Positions 32,905 to 43,522 of a stretch of 64,000 bases of DNA are shown here, in pieces. The notes under the pieces were generated by a model. It made no database searches and was not told the origin of the DNA. It was given only the letters and a program-made list of their open reading frames with translations. The stretch's first letter is position 1; each line of letters begins with the position of its first letter. Made by a program: the position numbers and the translations under genes. Source of the stretch: Marispirochaeta sp. (GTDB lineage: Bacteria > Spirochaetota > Spirochaetia > JC444 > Marispirochaetaceae); NCBI GenBank assembly GCA_963676835.2, contig CAXXFF010000002.1, positions 1,824,001 through 1,888,000 on the forward strand, read 5' to 3'.

Positions 32905-33888
32905 ATGAAAAGGATTCTAGTAGTTTTGTGTTTAGTGCTGATAGTAGCCGGACTGTCTTTCGCTGAAGGACAGGGCGAAAAGGAATATCCCACCAAGGAT
33001 ATTCAGTTTATCTCAGCCGGAAATGCTGGTGGCGGTGCTGATGCACTTTCTAGAAAGATTTGTGCCATTGCGCAAAAGGATCTGGGCGAAGATTTCTATA
33101 TTGTCAACAAGGGTGGATCTTCCGATGCAAACGGACCCAGTCTGTTGATGAAAGCAAAACCCGATGGCTATACAGTCGGGCAGCTTCTGTATGGTTCTGT
33201 TGTTTCAGCTGTGTGGAATGAAGTCCTGCCAGGGTATGATCTGGATCAACTTGAGATTTTCGGAATGGTCTCTGCGGAAGCAGACTCCTTTGTTGCTGGA
33301 AAGCACAGCGGTATCACCTCATTTGATGATCTGATCGCCAAGGCGAAGGCTGCGCCGAACACTATTACCGTAGCAGACCAGGGTGCTGGCTCACGGACTT
33401 ATATGATAGTCCGCCAGGTGGAAGAAATGTATGGTGTAAAATTTAACAATGTGTCATATCCAGGTTCTGGAAACATGCGGGAAGCTATTCTAAACAAGGA
33501 ACTGGCGGTTGGTGTTAATAGTCTCGGAGACTTTGCTCCTATTATAGATTCCGGAGACGCTATCGGTCTGGTAGAGTTCAGTCCGAAAAAGAATATGAAG
33601 TACCAGGATGTCCCCGTTTGTCCTGACCTTGGAATGCCTGAAAGTATGCAGAGTGGGTCTTTCTTTGCACTTGCAGTTCCAAAAGGCACACCTGAAGATA
33701 TTATCACGCTTCTGGCAGATACTTTTAAAATGGCAGTCGAGAGTAAGGAGTTTACCGATTTTACAACTTCGATTGGAGTTACGCCTGTCTCCATGAACAG
33801 AGCTGATTCTGTAGCCTACGTTAAGGGGGTTCAGGAAAGAGCCTTCAATGCTCTTCAGGAATTGAAAGACAAAGGGTTGATTGATTAA
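32905..33888 (+). CDS. tctC: TTT substrate-binding protein (TctC/Bug)
   Basis: YPTKDI..NAGGGAD, KPDGYT, PKGTP; signal peptide. Confidence 0.9.
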   Translation: MKRILVVLCLVLIVAGLSFAEGQGEKEYPTKDIQFISAGNAGGGADALSRKICAIAQKDLGEDFYIVNKGGSSDANGPSLLMKAKPDGYTVGQLLYGSVVSAVWNEVLPGYDLDQLEIFGMVSAEADSFVAGKHSGITSFDDLIAKAKAAPNTITVADQGAGSRTYMIVRQVEEMYGVKFNNVSYPGSGNMREAILNKELAVGVNSLGDFAPIIDSGDAIGLVEFSPKKNMKYQDVPVCPDLGMPESMQSGSFFALAVPKGTPEDIITLLADTFKMAVESKEFTDFTTSIGVTPVSMNRADSVAYVKGVQERAFNALQELKDKGLID

Positions 33889-33971
33889 AACCTGAGGATT
33901 CGAACTATATTCGAATTTGACGGACGGCAGAAAACACTTCTGCCGTCCATTTTTTAAGGAGTCGTTTTGTT

Positions 33972-34493
33972 ATGAATAGCAGAGCAACATATTTAAATGC
34001 GGAGGTTCTGACACCAGTCGGAATAATCGTTTTTCTGCTGGGCTATTTAGCAGAAGCTTTACGTATGGGGTGGATTGTAAAGGATGGTTTACCATCGGAA
34101 TCTTTTTTTCCTGTACTTTTATTTGTCCTGGGGTTTCCCGTCGCCGTGTATCTGTTGATACATGGGCTATTGAAAACAAAAGAGAAATTGGAGACTGCAG
34201 TACCAGTTGGTGCTGTCCCCGAGCGGGATGGAGGAAGTTCGTCAAAACTGGTCGTAGATGTAAAATACAAGCCTTTTTTTATCACAGTTTTAACTGTGGC
34301 CTTTATCGTATTGTTTAAATATTTAGGATATACCATTTCGGCTCCTATTTATATTTTTCTTTTTCAGCTGATATATGATGATGAGTTTGGAAACTACTTA
34401 AGAAAAATTATCGTGTCAGTAATTGTTAGTGTACTTGTATATGTTCTCTATGTTGGTTTCTTCAATATTCTCTTTCCGGAGGTTTGGAAATGA
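33972..34493 (+). CDS. tctB: TTT small permease
   Basis: 4-TM protein between tctC and tctA. Confidence 0.8.
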   Translation: MNSRATYLNAEVLTPVGIIVFLLGYLAEALRMGWIVKDGLPSESFFPVLLFVLGFPVAVYLLIHGLLKTKEKLETAVPVGAVPERDGGSSSKLVVDVKYKPFFITVLTVAFIVLFKYLGYTISAPIYIFLFQLIYDDEFGNYLRKIIVSVIVSVLVYVLYVGFFNILFPEVWK

Positions 34494-36022
34494 ATAGTCT
34501 TCTGCAAATTCTAGAAGGATTTTCATTTTTGACAGATCCTTATTCAATTCTGTTGTTGAGCCTCGGATTTTTTATAGGTATCATTTTTGGTTGTCTGCCA
34601 GGTTTGACTGCTACTCTGGCAATAGTCCTGCTGATGCCCATGACTTACTCCATGCCACTTTCGCAGGCTCTGGTTGTTTGTGCCGGCATATATATGGCAG
34701 GGACATATTCAGGTTCTATCTCAGCAATTACGCTTAATATACCAGGAGCACCAGCCGCAATGATGACCAGCCTGGAAGGACATCCTATGATGAACAGGGG
34801 GGAAGGCGCTAAAGCCATCGGGTCCGTTACAATAGGATCGGCCATTGGCGGAACTATTGGCAGTATTCTCCTGATCCTTGTGGCTCCTTTAACAATGGAA
34901 CTTGCTCTTCATATCCGCACCCCAGGAAAGACGGCGCTTATTTTCTTTGCCTTAATTGTTGTGTCTCTACTATCAGACAGTAAGGCTAAGGGGCTCATAT
35001 CTCTGGTATTTGGGTGCATGCTTTCCACAATTGGTATGGATGTACTAAGCAATAATTCCCGCTTTACTTTTCAGATCCCCAGTATGCTCCAGGGTATTGA
35101 GCTTACAACCATTATCATTGGCGCCTTCGCTCTTAGCGAATTGCTCTCTCAGTCAACAGTTAACAATAAAGAGTACAAAGAGCGTGTAGATAAAGCGAGT
35201 TCCAGGCGGTTTAAAAGAAAAGAGTTCTTTCCCAGTTTTAAAGAGATGAAAGAGATCGGCTTTTTGACCTACCTGAAAAGCGCATTGATCGGCTATGTAA
35301 TAGGGGTGCTGCCGGGAAGTGGGGCATCGATGGCTGCCTTCGTTTCTTACGCTGAAGCGAAACGAAGCTCCAAACATCCTGAAAAATATGGAAGAGGATA
35401 CCCTGAAGGAATGGTTGCAGCAGAAACCGCTAATAATGCGGTCTGTGGCGGAGCTTTGATTCCCATGCTCTCTTTGGGGATTCCCGGAGACGGTGTTACA
35501 GCTGTTGTGCTTGGGGTTTTAATGATCTATGGAATTGTCCCCGGCCCGACTTTGCTGGCAAATCAGATGGCTGATATTGCACCCATGTTTATTGCACTGC
35601 TTTTTTCAGCAATGATCCTACTGCCACTGTCGCTGTATCTCTTTGGCCCGTTCTATCTAAAGATTGCAAAAATCCCCCGGCTACCCTTATACAGTTCAAT
35701 TGGATTGATTGCGATCCTGGGAGTCTATTCGTCTACCTTGGATTTCTTTCAGATGTTCGTAGCTCTGGTAATCGGAATTCTGATTTATTTTCTGGGCAAA
35801 CAGCATTACCCCAAAGTGCCTTTTATTTTAGGTGTTATTCTGGGGCCGCTGTTTGAGTTGTACCTGCGCACAGCTATGTCAATAAGCAACGGCAACCCAC
35901 TGATTTTTATAACAAGTTTTGACAGTCTTATATTCCTGCTGTTGACAGTTTTCTTTGCTATCTTTTTGCCAAGAGTCAATAACATATCACATGAGCGAGC
36001 TGTGGCTGTTGAAGAGAAATGA
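34490..36022 (+). CDS. tctA: TTT large permease
   Basis: GCLPGLTAT, NIPGAPAA, ETANNA, LSLGIPGD. Confidence 0.93.
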   Translation: MNSLLQILEGFSFLTDPYSILLLSLGFFIGIIFGCLPGLTATLAIVLLMPMTYSMPLSQALVVCAGIYMAGTYSGSISAITLNIPGAPAAMMTSLEGHPMMNRGEGAKAIGSVTIGSAIGGTIGSILLILVAPLTMELALHIRTPGKTALIFFALIVVSLLSDSKAKGLISLVFGCMLSTIGMDVLSNNSRFTFQIPSMLQGIELTTIIIGAFALSELLSQSTVNNKEYKERVDKASSRRFKRKEFFPSFKEMKEIGFLTYLKSALIGYVIGVLPGSGASMAAFVSYAEAKRSSKHPEKYGRGYPEGMVAAETANNAVCGGALIPMLSLGIPGDGVTAVVLGVLMIYGIVPGPTLLANQMADIAPMFIALLFSAMILLPLSLYLFGPFYLKIAKIPRLPLYSSIGLIAILGVYSSTLDFFQMFVALVIGILIYFLGKQHYPKVPFILGVILGPLFELYLRTAMSISNGNPLIFITSFDSLIFLLLTVFFAIFLPRVNNISHERAVAVEEK

Positions 36023-36089
36023 TTCATCGGCAGATGATTCAGTGTGATCAGTAACTATATTTCCGTAAGTTTATAAGGAGGCACTTTTT

Positions 36090-36977
36090 GTGAATATAGA
36101 TTTTAAAGGCATTATTCCCCCGGTGGTTACACCGTTTACCTCTGACGGGAAGAAGATATCTGAAGAGAGATTTCGTGAGGTGATCCGCCATGTAGTCTCC
36201 AATGGCTGCTCGGGCGTATTTATCGGTGGCAGCCAGGGTGAGTTCTTCTCCCTCAGCTTCGAAGAAAGAGTTCGGTCGTATGAAATCGCGGTTGATGAGG
36301 CTGCCGGTAAGTTTTATGTGTTTGCCGGTACCGCTGCTGTAACGACGGAAGAAGCAGTCAATCTTACAAAAGCAGCGGAAAAGGCGGGTGTTGACGCTGC
36401 TTCCGTAATAAATCCTTATTTTATTACCCCTGATGCACAGGAGCTGTACGATCACTATAAAACTATTGCTGATTCTACCGCGCTTCCAGTATATCTGTAC
36501 AATAACCCGGGGCGAACCGGGAGTGTAATTCCGGTTTCAGTTATCTCCAGGTTATCTGGGATTGAGAATATTGTTGGTATGAAAGATTCCAGCGGCGATC
36601 TTACCTATGTGAATAATATACTCAGTAGTACGGAAAACTTCGATCTATTCTGTGGACGTGATACCTGCATCTACAATGAACTTACTTCCGGTGCCGTTGG
36701 GGCTGTTGCGGCTACCGCTAATGTTGCTCCTGCGCTGGTATCGAGTATTTATAATGCAGTACAAGTCGGTGACCTGGCGCAGGCCAGGAAGGCGCAATCA
36801 GAACTTGCCCCTTTGAGGAACGCATTCGACCTTGGAAGTTTTCCAGTTGTTGTGAAAGAAGCGTTACAGCTGATCGGCCTGGAGGTGGGGCCTGCGCGCC
36901 TACCTGTGCGTCCCCTGACGATCGAAAACAGGGCTAAATTAAAAGATATTCTTATTTCCATGAATTTGATCAACTAG
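36090..36977 (+). CDS. DHDPS/NAL-family class I aldolase or dehydratase
   Basis: VTPF, GSQGEF, YNNPGRTG, GMKDSSGD. Confidence 0.9.
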   Translation: MNIDFKGIIPPVVTPFTSDGKKISEERFREVIRHVVSNGCSGVFIGGSQGEFFSLSFEERVRSYEIAVDEAAGKFYVFAGTAAVTTEEAVNLTKAAEKAGVDAASVINPYFITPDAQELYDHYKTIADSTALPVYLYNNPGRTGSVIPVSVISRLSGIENIVGMKDSSGDLTYVNNILSSTENFDLFCGRDTCIYNELTSGAVGAVAATANVAPALVSSIYNAVQVGDLAQARKAQSELAPLRNAFDLGSFPVVVKEALQLIGLEVGPARLPVRPLTIENRAKLKDILISMNLIN

Positions 36978-37100
36978 AGCAGTAAGCCCGGCTATTGTAC
37001 TCGGCCGGGCATTATTATTGATCTAATAATGAGTTACAGCCAGAGAAGACAGATGGCCTAGCTTGACGCATACAAAATTTTATCATAGCGTGACAAAGGT

Positions 37101-37757
37101 ATGTACTCGGAAAAACACAACAAGGAAAGTGTCTACAAGGACATTCACAAGCAGATTCGAACCGGTAAGCTGGCCCCAGGCGACCATATTCTGGAAAAAG
37201 AGCTTTGTTCAAAGTACGGATTGAGTCGGACTCCAATGCGGGAAGTCCTCTGGAACCTGGAAAAGGAAGGTCTCCTGATACCAGCGCCTAAAAACGGATA
37301 TCTTGTACGCGAACTTAACCTGCAGGAAATAATGGAGATTTTCCAGGCTAGGGAGGCGGTGGAAGGAATGGCTGCCTATCTGGTTTCGCATCTGCGCAAT
37401 GAAGATTTCTTTAACAGGTTGAAGGAATTCAGGGAAGCTCTGGAATCTTTAAGTGATGATGAAATGCAGGCTGAAGGTCCAAAACTTGGTGCCCAGTTGC
37501 ATACATTCATCATAGAAAATGCTAACAACGGTATCTTGTTCGGATACTATAAAATGCTGCACACCCTATACTCTCTAACTGTCAACATTTCAAGTCAGTC
37601 CAGGGAAATCGAGAGTAAGTCGAGGGAATCTCACCTCGCTATAATAAAAGCGATAGAGGACAGAAACGGAGAGCTCGCGGAAAAGCTGATGCGCGAACAT
37701 CTTCGAGAGACCTGTCGAAATATTGCGAAGGTTTTTTATCCTAATTTGATAGAGTAA
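37101..37757 (+). CDS. GntR/FCD transcription regulator
   Basis: LSRTPMRE HTH; FCD domain. Confidence 0.92.
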   Translation: MYSEKHNKESVYKDIHKQIRTGKLAPGDHILEKELCSKYGLSRTPMREVLWNLEKEGLLIPAPKNGYLVRELNLQEIMEIFQAREAVEGMAAYLVSHLRNEDFFNRLKEFREALESLSDDEMQAEGPKLGAQLHTFIIENANNGILFGYYKMLHTLYSLTVNISSQSREIESKSRESHLAIIKAIEDRNGELAEKLMREHLRETCRNIAKVFYPNLIE

Positions 37758-37799
37758 AGCTTGATGGCTCTGGTGTATATAAACTGTGCTATGCTCAGC

Positions 37800-38816
37800 T
37801 TATTCGTAGTGGATGGGAGCACAGGATTCCCGCTCGATCAATCTGCAGGGGATGATGGAGCGAACGATCTTACTGTCCTTCTTTTCAATGTTATCCAGCA
37901 GGATTCTTGCTGATTCCCTACCCATCTCATAGGGCGATTGGGCAATGACGGTTACCGGTACTTTCAGGTGTTCCGCCATTGGAATCTCATCAAAAGCAAT
38001 GAGTGATATGTCCTCCGGTATCCGCACGTTCAAGCGCCTGAAATCACTCAAAAGGCTACTGGTTATCGCAAGGTAGAGCGACAGGAAGGCTGTGGGAGGA
38101 TCGGGCATGCTGAGTATTTCTTCGGTCGCTGTTTCGAGGCCCGTTTCCCTGTTCCAGAAATGGATCAAGCCAGGGTCGTGAGTAATTCCGTATTTCTTCA
38201 GAGCGTCGCAGTATCCTTCAAACCGTTCTCGCCGGGTTCTGGATGTCTGATATTCAATGGTTTGCAGACATATCCTTTTATGCCCAAGCTTGAGCAAGTG
38301 CTCCGTCGCAACAAAGGCGCCGGCCCGATTGTCGGCGAGGACAATGCTCGTTTTAAGGTCGTCATATTCGAGGTGCAGCTGCACGAGGGGAAATCCGGAG
38401 GACACTTCTCGGGCGATTATCTTGTTGTTCTCACCGGATGAAGCGATGATGATACCATCGACACGCAACTGTCGCAGTTTCTTTAATGACTGTCTTTCGG
38501 TAGCCGGATCGAAGTCTGTATTATGAATAAGCACATCGTATTTATACTCCTTGCAGAAATCATCGATGCCGCGTAATACACGGCTGGTAAAGAAGCCGGT
38601 AATATCCCGGACTATTACTCCTATGGTGCGTGTTCTGTCTGTCTTGAGGCTCTGGGCCAATGGATTCGGGATATAGTTCAGCTCCTCGATGGTGCTCCTG
38701 ATGCGTTTTTTGGTTTCGGCGGACATGTAGTTAAAGCGTCCGTTCAGATACTGGGACACAGTGCTCTTGGACACGCCAGCTTTGTCGGCTACATCGCCTA
38801 TTCGAATCTTACCCAT
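37800..38816 (-). CDS. LacI family regulator (KdgR-like)
   Basis: IGDVADKAGVSKSTVSQYLNG, YIPNPLAQSL, LIERES. Confidence 0.93.
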   Translation of the reverse strand: MGKIRIGDVADKAGVSKSTVSQYLNGRFNYMSAETKKRIRSTIEELNYIPNPLAQSLKTDRTRTIGVIVRDITGFFTSRVLRGIDDFCKEYKYDVLIHNTDFDPATERQSLKKLRQLRVDGIIIASSGENNKIIAREVSSGFPLVQLHLEYDDLKTSIVLADNRAGAFVATEHLLKLGHKRICLQTIEYQTSRTRRERFEGYCDALKKYGITHDPGLIHFWNRETGLETATEEILSMPDPPTAFLSLYLAITSSLLSDFRRLNVRIPEDISLIAFDEIPMAEHLKVPVTVIAQSPYEMGRESARILLDNIEKKDSKIVRSIIPCRLIERESCAPIHYE

Positions 38817-38856
38817 ATTGTCTTTCCTGCTATTCTGGAATATAAAAAACTTTTGC

Positions 38857-38969
38857 TTGACAGCTCATCAATAGAGGGATTATAGTACATAAACCGGTTT
38901 ATGTAAAAGCTAAAAGGCTAAATAAACCAGTTGTTTTTTATTTTTTGTCATACTAAATCGGTTTAGTAT
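38857..38969 (+). promoter_or_regulatory. Promoter with two LacI-type operators
   Basis: TTGACA(38857)-N18-TATAGT; perfect palindrome TACATAAACCGGTTTATGTA 38886-38905; near-perfect ATACTAAATCGGTTTAGTAT 38950-38969. Confidence 0.85.
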
Positions 38970-38986
38970 TCGAAGGGGATAGGAAA

Positions 38987-40204
38987 TTGAAGATAAAGGA
39001 AGTCAAAGTAATCGTCAGCTGCCCCGGCAGGAACTTTGTTACGCTGATAATCACGACAGAAAGCGGGATCCGCGGCATTGGCGATGCAACTGTCAATGGT
39101 CGGGAAATGGCAGTTGTTACCTATCTGGAGGAACACGTTGCCCCCTGTCTTGTAGGCCGTAGTGCCCACGATATTGAAGATATCTGGCAGTATCTTTACA
39201 AGGGTGTGTATTGGCGTAAAGGTCCGATAAATATGGCAGCTATTGGAGCTGTGGATATGGCTCTCTGGGATATTAAGGGAAAGGCCGCGGGGCTTCCGGT
39301 ATATCAGCTGCTAGGCGGTAAAAGCCGCAAGGCAATCACTGTGTATGCCCATGCCAGCGGAAATACGGTGGATGAGACACTGGACCATATGGGAGATCTT
39401 GTAGCCCAGGGATTCAAGGCTGTTCGGCTGCAATCTGCGATTCCCGGTCTTGATGGGAGTTATGGGGTTCTGGGCGATAAAAAGGACCATTTTGAACTGC
39501 AGAGCAACAGACCTCTTCCCCCGGAGCATCCCTGGTCTACCGTTAAATACTTCAATGTTGTATCCGAGCTTTTTGAGAAAGCGCGCGAGCGCTTTGGCAA
39601 TGAGGTTCATCTTTTACATGATGTTCACAGTCGGTTGACTCCCATTGAAGCTGCCAGACTGGGTAAGCTTCTTGAGAAATACAATCTGTTGTATCTGGAG
39701 GATGCGGTAGCCGCGGAAAATCAGGATAGTTACCGAATCGTCAGGCAGCACACCACAACTCCTATGGCTATAGGGGAGATCTACAACACTATCTGGGACT
39801 GCAGAGAGCTGATAGAGAATCAGTGGATCGACTATATCCGGATGGCTGCAACGCATGCCGGCGGTATCACAGCCCTCAAGCGGATAGCGGATTTTGCTGC
39901 CCTTTACCATGTCAGGACTGCACCTCACGGTGCACCGGACCTTTCTCCTATCTGTTACGCCGCCCAGGCTCACGTTGATATCTGGGCACCGAATTTCGGT
40001 ATTCAGGAGTTTGTGGGCTTTGGAACAGACACCTCCAACGAGGTGTTCAAGTATGACATGTTGGTGAAGGACGGGATGATATATCTGGGAGATACTCCTG
40101 GTCTGGGCGTTGATTTCGATGAGGCAGCCGCAGCGAGGTATCCATACAAACGGTCATATCTGCCCGTCAGCAGACTTGAAGACGGAACATTGTGGAGCTG
40201 GTAA
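38987..40204 (+). CDS. manD: D-mannonate dehydratase (ManD/RspA, enolase superfamily)
   Basis: [41 protein letters not shown]. Confidence 0.9.
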   Translation: MKIKEVKVIVSCPGRNFVTLIITTESGIRGIGDATVNGREMAVVTYLEEHVAPCLVGRSAHDIEDIWQYLYKGVYWRKGPINMAAIGAVDMALWDIKGKAAGLPVYQLLGGKSRKAITVYAHASGNTVDETLDHMGDLVAQGFKAVRLQSAIPGLDGSYGVLGDKKDHFELQSNRPLPPEHPWSTVKYFNVVSELFEKARERFGNEVHLLHDVHSRLTPIEAARLGKLLEKYNLLYLEDAVAAENQDSYRIVRQHTTTPMAIGEIYNTIWDCRELIENQWIDYIRMAATHAGGITALKRIADFAALYHVRTAPHGAPDLSPICYAAQAHVDIWAPNFGIQEFVGFGTDTSNEVFKYDMLVKDGMIYLGDTPGLGVDFDEAAAARYPYKRSYLPVSRLEDGTLWSW

Positions 40205-40231
40205 AACGTTATACTGTAATTGAGGATGGAA

Positions 40232-41215
40232 ATGATGAGAGCAAAATTTGGAAAAACGGAACTTGAAACAAGCCCTATTGTATATGGCTGTATGGGGGGG
40301 GCTGGCGCCTTTGGTGAGCAGGATGAAAAAGATTCCCTGGAGGCTCTGCGTGAGGCCTACGATGTGGGGATCAATTTCTTTGATACCGCTGAGGCCTACG
40401 GGGATGGGTATTCGGAGCAGCTGCTCAACCGGGCTTTGGGGGATGTACGGAATAACATCGTTATTTCTTCTAAAGTTGCCAGGCAGCATTTGGCACCTCA
40501 GGAGATCAAAGAGGCGTGTGAACGAAGTTTGAAAAACCTGGGCACCGATTTTCTGGACCTGTATCTGCTGCACTGGCCGTCCCGGGATGTTCCCCTGGCC
40601 GATAGTATGGGAGCGCTGAAGGAACTTCAGCAGCAAGGGAAAATCCGCTACTACGGTGTTTCCAACTTCGGTCGCGATGATCTTTCCGAGGCGATGGAAC
40701 TTGGGGAACTGAGCACCAACCAGCTTGTGTACAACCTGATGTATCGTGCCATTGAGTTTGAAGTTCAGCCCAGATGTGAGAAAGAGGGAATCCCGATCAT
40801 GTGTTACTCCTCGCTTATGCAGGGGTTGCTGGCGGCAAAATACCGGAATATTGCCGACTTTCCTGAAAATCGTGCAAGAACCCGCATGTTCGATAGCCGA
40901 AAGTGGTCACAGTGCCGTCATGGTGAAGAAGGAACGGAAGAAGTTGGTCAGCGAGCTCTGGACACCATATGGAGTATCGTCGAAAACTCGGATCTCTCCA
41001 TGGAAGAACTGGCTGTAGGATGGCTAAAGGCCCAGCCTGCTGTAGGCGGAGTAATCGTGGGAACAAGAAATGCTAAGCAGAGCAGGGGGCTGGCTAAGTT
41101 ATTGGAAGTCAAGGTTGACGATTCAACCCTGTATGCTTTGTCCGAGGCTACAGATGAATTAAAAAATGCTCTTGGTACCAATATCGATATGTGGGGTGGA
41201 GGACGCACCCGGTAG
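40232..41215 (+). CDS. Aldo/keto reductase
   Basis: FFDTAEAYGDGYSE, DLYLLHWP, GVSNF. Confidence 0.92.
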   Translation: MMRAKFGKTELETSPIVYGCMGGAGAFGEQDEKDSLEALREAYDVGINFFDTAEAYGDGYSEQLLNRALGDVRNNIVISSKVARQHLAPQEIKEACERSLKNLGTDFLDLYLLHWPSRDVPLADSMGALKELQQQGKIRYYGVSNFGRDDLSEAMELGELSTNQLVYNLMYRAIEFEVQPRCEKEGIPIMCYSSLMQGLLAAKYRNIADFPENRARTRMFDSRKWSQCRHGEEGTEEVGQRALDTIWSIVENSDLSMEELAVGWLKAQPAVGGVIVGTRNAKQSRGLAKLLEVKVDDSTLYALSEATDELKNALGTNIDMWGGGRTR

Positions 41216-41272
41216 AGAGAATTCCAACAACTGTACGTTGTGCAGAGGAATTATAAATTAGGAGGAAAGGAT

Positions 41273-42538
41273 ATGACAAATCACAAAGGAGTCTATCGTA
41301 TTATTTTAACGGTTCTGCTGGTTTTGGGAATCACTGTTAACCTTGGCGCTGCAGGCCAGGATGAAGGAGGAAATGGGAAGGTCGAAACCCTGTCTTTTAT
41401 CACCTGGCGGGGTGATGACTCGGCCGGCTATGACGCTATCATTGAAGCCTTTGAAGCGAAATATCCGAACATCAAGGTCAACGTTGAATATTTCAAAGGT
41501 GGTACCACCTACGACGGTATCGTAACCACCCGCGGAATGGGGGGGGAACTGGATTTTTATGCAGCCCAGCCCGGAGGTCAGTTAGCCGCGTATGTACAGT
41601 CCGGTTATGCTCTGGATATAAGCGATCAGGAGTTCATCAAACGTGTTACGCCCGGTGCTGTTGCAGCCGCCACATATGACGGCAAAACCTATGGTGTTTC
41701 CCAGGCGCTCAGTACCAACTGCGTCTTTTATAATAAGGAGATTTTCGCTGAGTACAACCTCTCTGTTCCTAAAACCTGGGACGAGTTTATTGCAATTTGC
41801 GATACTTTGAAGGCTAACGGTGTTACTCCTTTGGTTGCTGGACTTTCCCAGCACTACATTGCCCAGAATTACTACAAAATGATGGCAGCTCACTGGATGC
41901 CCGAGAAGTCTCCTGGATTCTGGCAGGCTATTACGATGAAAGAGATGACCCTGCGGGATGAGCCTTTTCCAACCATCCTCAAAGATATCCAGATGCTTTA
42001 TGACAAGGGTTATTATGTTGATGGCGTAGAAGGGGTAGACAAACACGGTGCTGCCGCCCTTTTTGCTCAGGGCAAAGTTGCCATGGATGTGGAAGGTACC
42101 TGGCGGACCAGCACCATTTCTACGGCTGAAGGGGCTCCGGATTTCGGCATGTTCTCTCTCCCCTACAAGGGCAATCCCGATGAGATTACGCATGTAGTGG
42201 CACCCAACCAGGCCCACCTGATCTTCCCGGGTTCCAAGCACATCGATGCGGCCCTCAAGTTCTATGATTTCATGACCACCGCTGAAATGGCTTCGGTCTT
42301 CTCGGCTCACACTTCCCAGGTTCCGACCGTGAAAGGTACTAAGGTAGATTCGCCTATTCTTCAGATGGCTATGGATCTGATGGATTCCACACGTCCGGTT
42401 CTGGGACCAAACCTGGCGAACACCAATAATGAAGTTCAGGATACGCTTTACCAAACCTTTACCAAGGTTGCGGTAGGTCAAGATACCGACGCGGTGATTG
42501 AAGAGATGCAGGCTAAGATTGACGCTATTGAACGGTAG
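41273..42538 (+). CDS. Carbohydrate ABC transporter substrate-binding protein
   Basis: Signal peptide, FEAKYPNIKV, FYNKEIF..PKTWDE. Confidence 0.9.
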   Translation: MTNHKGVYRIILTVLLVLGITVNLGAAGQDEGGNGKVETLSFITWRGDDSAGYDAIIEAFEAKYPNIKVNVEYFKGGTTYDGIVTTRGMGGELDFYAAQPGGQLAAYVQSGYALDISDQEFIKRVTPGAVAAATYDGKTYGVSQALSTNCVFYNKEIFAEYNLSVPKTWDEFIAICDTLKANGVTPLVAGLSQHYIAQNYYKMMAAHWMPEKSPGFWQAITMKEMTLRDEPFPTILKDIQMLYDKGYYVDGVEGVDKHGAAALFAQGKVAMDVEGTWRTSTISTAEGAPDFGMFSLPYKGNPDEITHVVAPNQAHLIFPGSKHIDAALKFYDFMTTAEMASVFSAHTSQVPTVKGTKVDSPILQMAMDLMDSTRPVLGPNLANTNNEVQDTLYQTFTKVAVGQDTDAVIEEMQAKIDAIER

Positions 42539-42613
42539 ATGTAAGCCATAACGCAATTGGATTGTATTCCCCGGGGCCTTTTCCCCCGGGGAATACTTCC
42601 TTATGAGGATACG

Positions 42614-43522
42614 ATGATGAGAGCAGCAACAAAAGCCCTATTGAAGAGGAATGCAGGCTATTATGCATTTCTTGCCTTACCACTGGCTTTATATTTTATA
42701 TTTTTCATCTATCCCAATGCATCGGCTCTCGTTTGGAGCCTGTTCAAGTGGGATGGAATGGCTCCGAAGATGGAGTTTGTAGGTCTGAAGAATTTTATCA
42801 CTCTTCTGACTAAAGAGGCGATTTTTTACACCGCCCTCAAAAATACCTTTATTTATACGATCATTCTGATGGTCGGTTCAAATTTAATGGGGCTTATTGT
42901 GGCCCTTCTGATTCACAAGACATCCAGGATCAATAACATATTCAGGACTGTTTTCTACCTTCCCGGAGTGTTAGCTACTGTTGCAATTGCTTCCATGTGG
43001 ACATTAGGAATATACAACCCGAATTTTGGTGTGTTGAATACCGTTCTCAAAGCTATCGGGCTGGATTCTCTGGCAACACCCTGGCTGGCGGACCCTAATA
43101 CCGCACTTATAAGTGTTGCGATTGTACATGTCTGGCAGAATATGGGATTCAGTATGATCCTGTACATCGCCGGACTTCAGGAGATTCCCGAGGAGCTATA
43201 TGAAGCCGCCTCAATTGAAGGAGCTAGCTCCTGGCAAACTACCTGGCATGTTACGCTGCCGCTGCTTCGCCGGGTAGCTTCGATTGTAATGGTTCTGGTG
43301 CTTATATTCGGTATGCGTTCATTCGACCTGATTTTCATCATGACAGAAAGCGGATCGGCTTTCGGTACAACCGAAGTTTTAACAACCTTGCTGTTCAGGC
43401 AGGGCTTTACCTTCCGCAAGGTAGGCTATGCCAATGCTATTGCTGTGGTACTACTGTTTGTTGTTGTTATTACATCCATGATTCAGAGGATTTTTCTGAA
43501 GGACAGTGAGGAGGGGAGATAA
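42614..43522 (+). CDS. Carbohydrate ABC permease
   Basis: LQEIPEELYEAASIEGAS EAA loop. Confidence 0.92.
   Translation: MMRAATKALLKRNAGYYAFLALPLALYFIFFIYPNASALVWSLFKWDGMAPKMEFVGLKNFITLLTKEAIFYTALKNTFIYTIILMVGSNLMGLIVALLIHKTSRINNIFRTVFYLPGVLATVAIASMWTLGIYNPNFGVLNTVLKAIGLDSLATPWLADPNTALISVAIVHVWQNMGFSMILYIAGLQEIPEELYEAASIEGASSWQTTWHVTLPLLRRVASIVMVLVLIFGMRSFDLIFIMTESGSAFGTTEVLTTLLFRQGFTFRKVGYANAIAVVLLFVVVITSMIQRIFLKDSEEGR

Noticed and set aside
36090..36977. Housekeeping dapA
   Set aside because: GSQGE instead of GTTGE and a catabolic island context, so only a family-level call is made.
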